Shown here one piece after another: positions 60,210-64,000 of a DNA stretch of 64,000 bases. A program made the translations under genes and the position numbers. The notes under the pieces were generated by a model, which saw nothing but the letters and a program-made list of their open reading frames with translations, made no database searches and was not told the DNA's origin. This DNA comes from Eledone cirrhosa (Eukaryota), in NCBI GenBank assembly GCA_964016885.1, contig OZ024757.1:37758001-37822000 (forward strand). The letters run 5' to 3'. Numbering within the stretch: position 1 is the stretch's first letter; every line of letters starts with the position of its first letter.

Positions 60210-61214
60210 GTTTATATATATATATGTTATATATATATATATATGTTTATATATATATATGTTATATATATATATGTTTATATATATATATATATGTTTA
60301 TATATATATATGTTTATATATATATATATATATATATGTTTATATATATATATATGTTTATATATATATATATATGTTTATATATATATATATGTTTTTA
60401 TATATATATATATATGTTTTTATATATATATATATGTTATATATATATATGTTTATATATATTTATATATATGTTTATATATATATATGTTTATATATAT
60501 ATATATGTTTATATATATATATATATGTTTATATATATATATGTTTATATATATATATATATGTTTATATATATATATGTTTATATATATATATATATAT
60601 GTTTATATATATATATATGTTTTATATATATATATATATATGTTTATATATATATATATATATGTTTATATATATATATATATATGTTTATATATATATA
60701 TATATATGTTTATATATATATATATGTTTATATATATATATATATATGTTTATATATATATATATATATGTTTATATATATATATATATATGTTTATATA
60801 TATATATATATATGTTTATATATATATATATATGTTTATATATATATATATATATATGTTTATATATATATATATATGTTTATATATATATATATATGTT
60901 TATATATTATATATATGTTTATATATATATATATATGTTTATATATATATATATATGTTTATATATATATATATATGTTTATATATATATATATATGTTT
61001 ATATATATATATATGTTTATATATATATATATGTTTATATATATATATATATATATATATGTTTATATATATATATATATATATGTTTATATATATATAT
61101 GTTTATATATATATATATATATGTGTATATATATATATATGTTTATGTTTATATATATATATATATATGTGTATATATATATATATGTTTATGTTTATAT
61201 ATATATATATATAT

Positions 61215-61252
<38 letters not shown>

Positions 61253-61630
61253 TTATATATATATATGTTTATATATATATATATATATAATTTTGATAGT
61301 TTGTATAATTTTGTATAATTTTGTACATAGATCTGTTAAATATACATGCCAATTCTAAAACATATATATCCTAGAAACGATCGTTAAATAATGAACTTTT
61401 TTTGTTTAATATAAGGAACTGTTTCATTGTTTTATTCATTATTTTTTAAATATTTTATCTTGACTCTGTATTCCGTTTATCTTTCACCGAAAGTGATTTT
61501 TCATTGCATCTCTTCTTTCCATGATATCCGGATTATATTGAGTTCTTCATACGGATTGGACACTACCGTAAACTCTTGGTAGATTTATCTACATATATAT
61601 ATATATATATATGTTTATATATATATATAT

Positions 61631-61673
<43 letters not shown>

Positions 61674-63348
61674 TATATATATATATATATAATTATATAT
61701 ATATATGTGTTATATATATATAATTATATATATATATATGTGTTATATATATATATATATAATTATATATATATATGTGTTATATATATATAATTATATA
61801 TATATATGTGTTATATATATATATATGTGTTATATATATATGTTATATATATATATATAATGTTTATATATATATATATGTGTTATATATATATATGTGT
61901 TATATATATATGTGTTATATATATATATGTGTTATATATATATATAAGTTTATATATATATATGTTTATATATATATGTTTATATATATATGTTTATATA
62001 TATATATATGTTTATATATATATATATGTTTATATATATATATATGTTTATATATATATATATGTTTATATATATCTATGTTTAATTATATATATATATG
62101 TTTAATTATATATATATATGTTTATTTATATATATATATGTTTATATATATATGTTTATATATATATAATTTATATATATATATGTTTATATATATATAT
62201 TTATATATATGTTTTTATATATATATATATGTTTATATATATTTATATATATATGTTTTTATATATATATATATGTTTATATATATTTATATATATATAT
62301 ATGTTTTTATATATATATATATGTTTATATATATGTTTACATATATATATGTTATATATATATATATATATATGTGTTATATATATATGTGTTATATATG
62401 TGTTATATATATATATATATATGTGTTATATATATATATATATATATGTGTTATATATATATATATATATGTTATATATATATATATATATGTTATATAT
62501 ATATATATATATGTTATATATATATATATATATGTTATATATATATATATGTTATATATATATATATATGTGTTATATATATATGTTATATATATATATA
62601 TATGTTATATATATATATATGTTATATATATATATATGTGTTATATATATATATATGTGTTATATACATATATATATGTTATATATATATATATGTTATA
62701 TATATATGTGTTATTTATATGTATATATATATATGTATATACATATATATATATGTATATGAATATATATATATGTATGAATATATATGTATGAATATAT
62801 ATGTATGTATATGTATATATGTATATATGTATGAATATATATGTATATATATATGTATGTGTATATATATATAATAGATGTATGCATATATATATCTATA
62901 TATATTTACGTGTATATATATATGTATGTGTATATATATATATGTATGTGTATATATATATATTATATATGTATGCATATATATATATCTATGTATGTAT
63001 ATACATATGTGTATATATGTATTTATAATATATGTATATATGTATGCATTATTATATATGTATTATATATGTATATATATTATATACATATAATATATAT
63101 ATATATATATTAAATGTATATTATATGTATATATTGTATATATATATTATATATATACTATATATATATATTATATTTTATATATATATATTATATATTA
63201 TATATATATACGTATTGATATATATATATATATATATTTACATATTGCATATTGATATATATATATATATTTACATATTGATATATATATATATATATAC
63301 ATATTGATATATATATTATATACGTATACATATTGATATATATATATA

Positions 63349-63380
<32 letters not shown>

Positions 63381-63408
63381 CATATTGATATACATATTGT
63401 ATACATAT

Positions 63409-63453
<45 letters not shown>

Positions 63454-63536
63454 TATATATATAAGTATATATATATATAAATATATAAGTATATATATAA
63501 GTATATATATATATAAATATATAAGTATATATATAA

Positions 63537-63579
<43 letters not shown>

Positions 63580-63636
63580 TATACATATATATATATTATA
63601 TACGTATACATATATATATATATATATTATATACAT

Positions 63637-63676
<40 letters not shown>

Positions 63677-63685
63677 TATATACAT

Positions 63686-63722
<37 letters not shown>

Positions 63723-63863
63723 ACGTATACATATATATATATATATTCACATATCTACACACATATTTTAGACACTTTTCTTTCTATATATCTATGGCTA
63801 TAGCCAGGTGTATAGTCACACACATTTAGACACACACACACTCACAAACACACACACACAAAC

Positions 63864-63898
<35 letters not shown>

Positions 63899-63920
63899 CA
63901 CACACAAACACACAAACACA
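60110..63920. repeat. (TA)nTGTT satellite blocks and a terminal (CA)n
   Basis: Seen directly. Confidence 0.95.
61457..61592. repeat. Second copy of the 136-bp element
   Basis: Only a few substitutions relative to 26295-26430. Confidence 0.85.
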
Positions 63921-64000
63921 CTTATAACTTTTGCGAAAAAACAAATAATTTAAAACAACCTAAAAATGTTTTCTACCGAAAATGAAGTCTCGAAGATTTT

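Overview
This is AT-rich, repeat-dominated eukaryotic DNA. Its SINE and microsatellite content suggests a cephalopod, probably Octopus (inference). A large share of the window is (TA)n-derived micro- and minisatellite, so almost all ORFs in the track are artefacts. The one substantial protein-coding remnant is a 5'-truncated Penelope-like retroelement (RT + GIY-YIG, - strand, about 44114-46363) with Naiad-like features. It is broken by a single 1-bp frameshift and carries a hammerhead ribozyme (HHR) motif in its 3' pLTR. The main unexpected signal is a dense set of short non-coding elements beside (TA)n tracts that carry type I HHR folds. They fall into at least 3 clear unrelated families plus 2 weaker HHR-like families, and several occur as head-to-head inverted repeats. 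Also present are tRNA-derived SINEs (some with TSDs), RTE and R4/Dong-like LINE 3' ends, Tc1/mariner MITEs, a decayed mariner transposase fragment, and tentative promoter and splice signals for a minus-strand host transcript.
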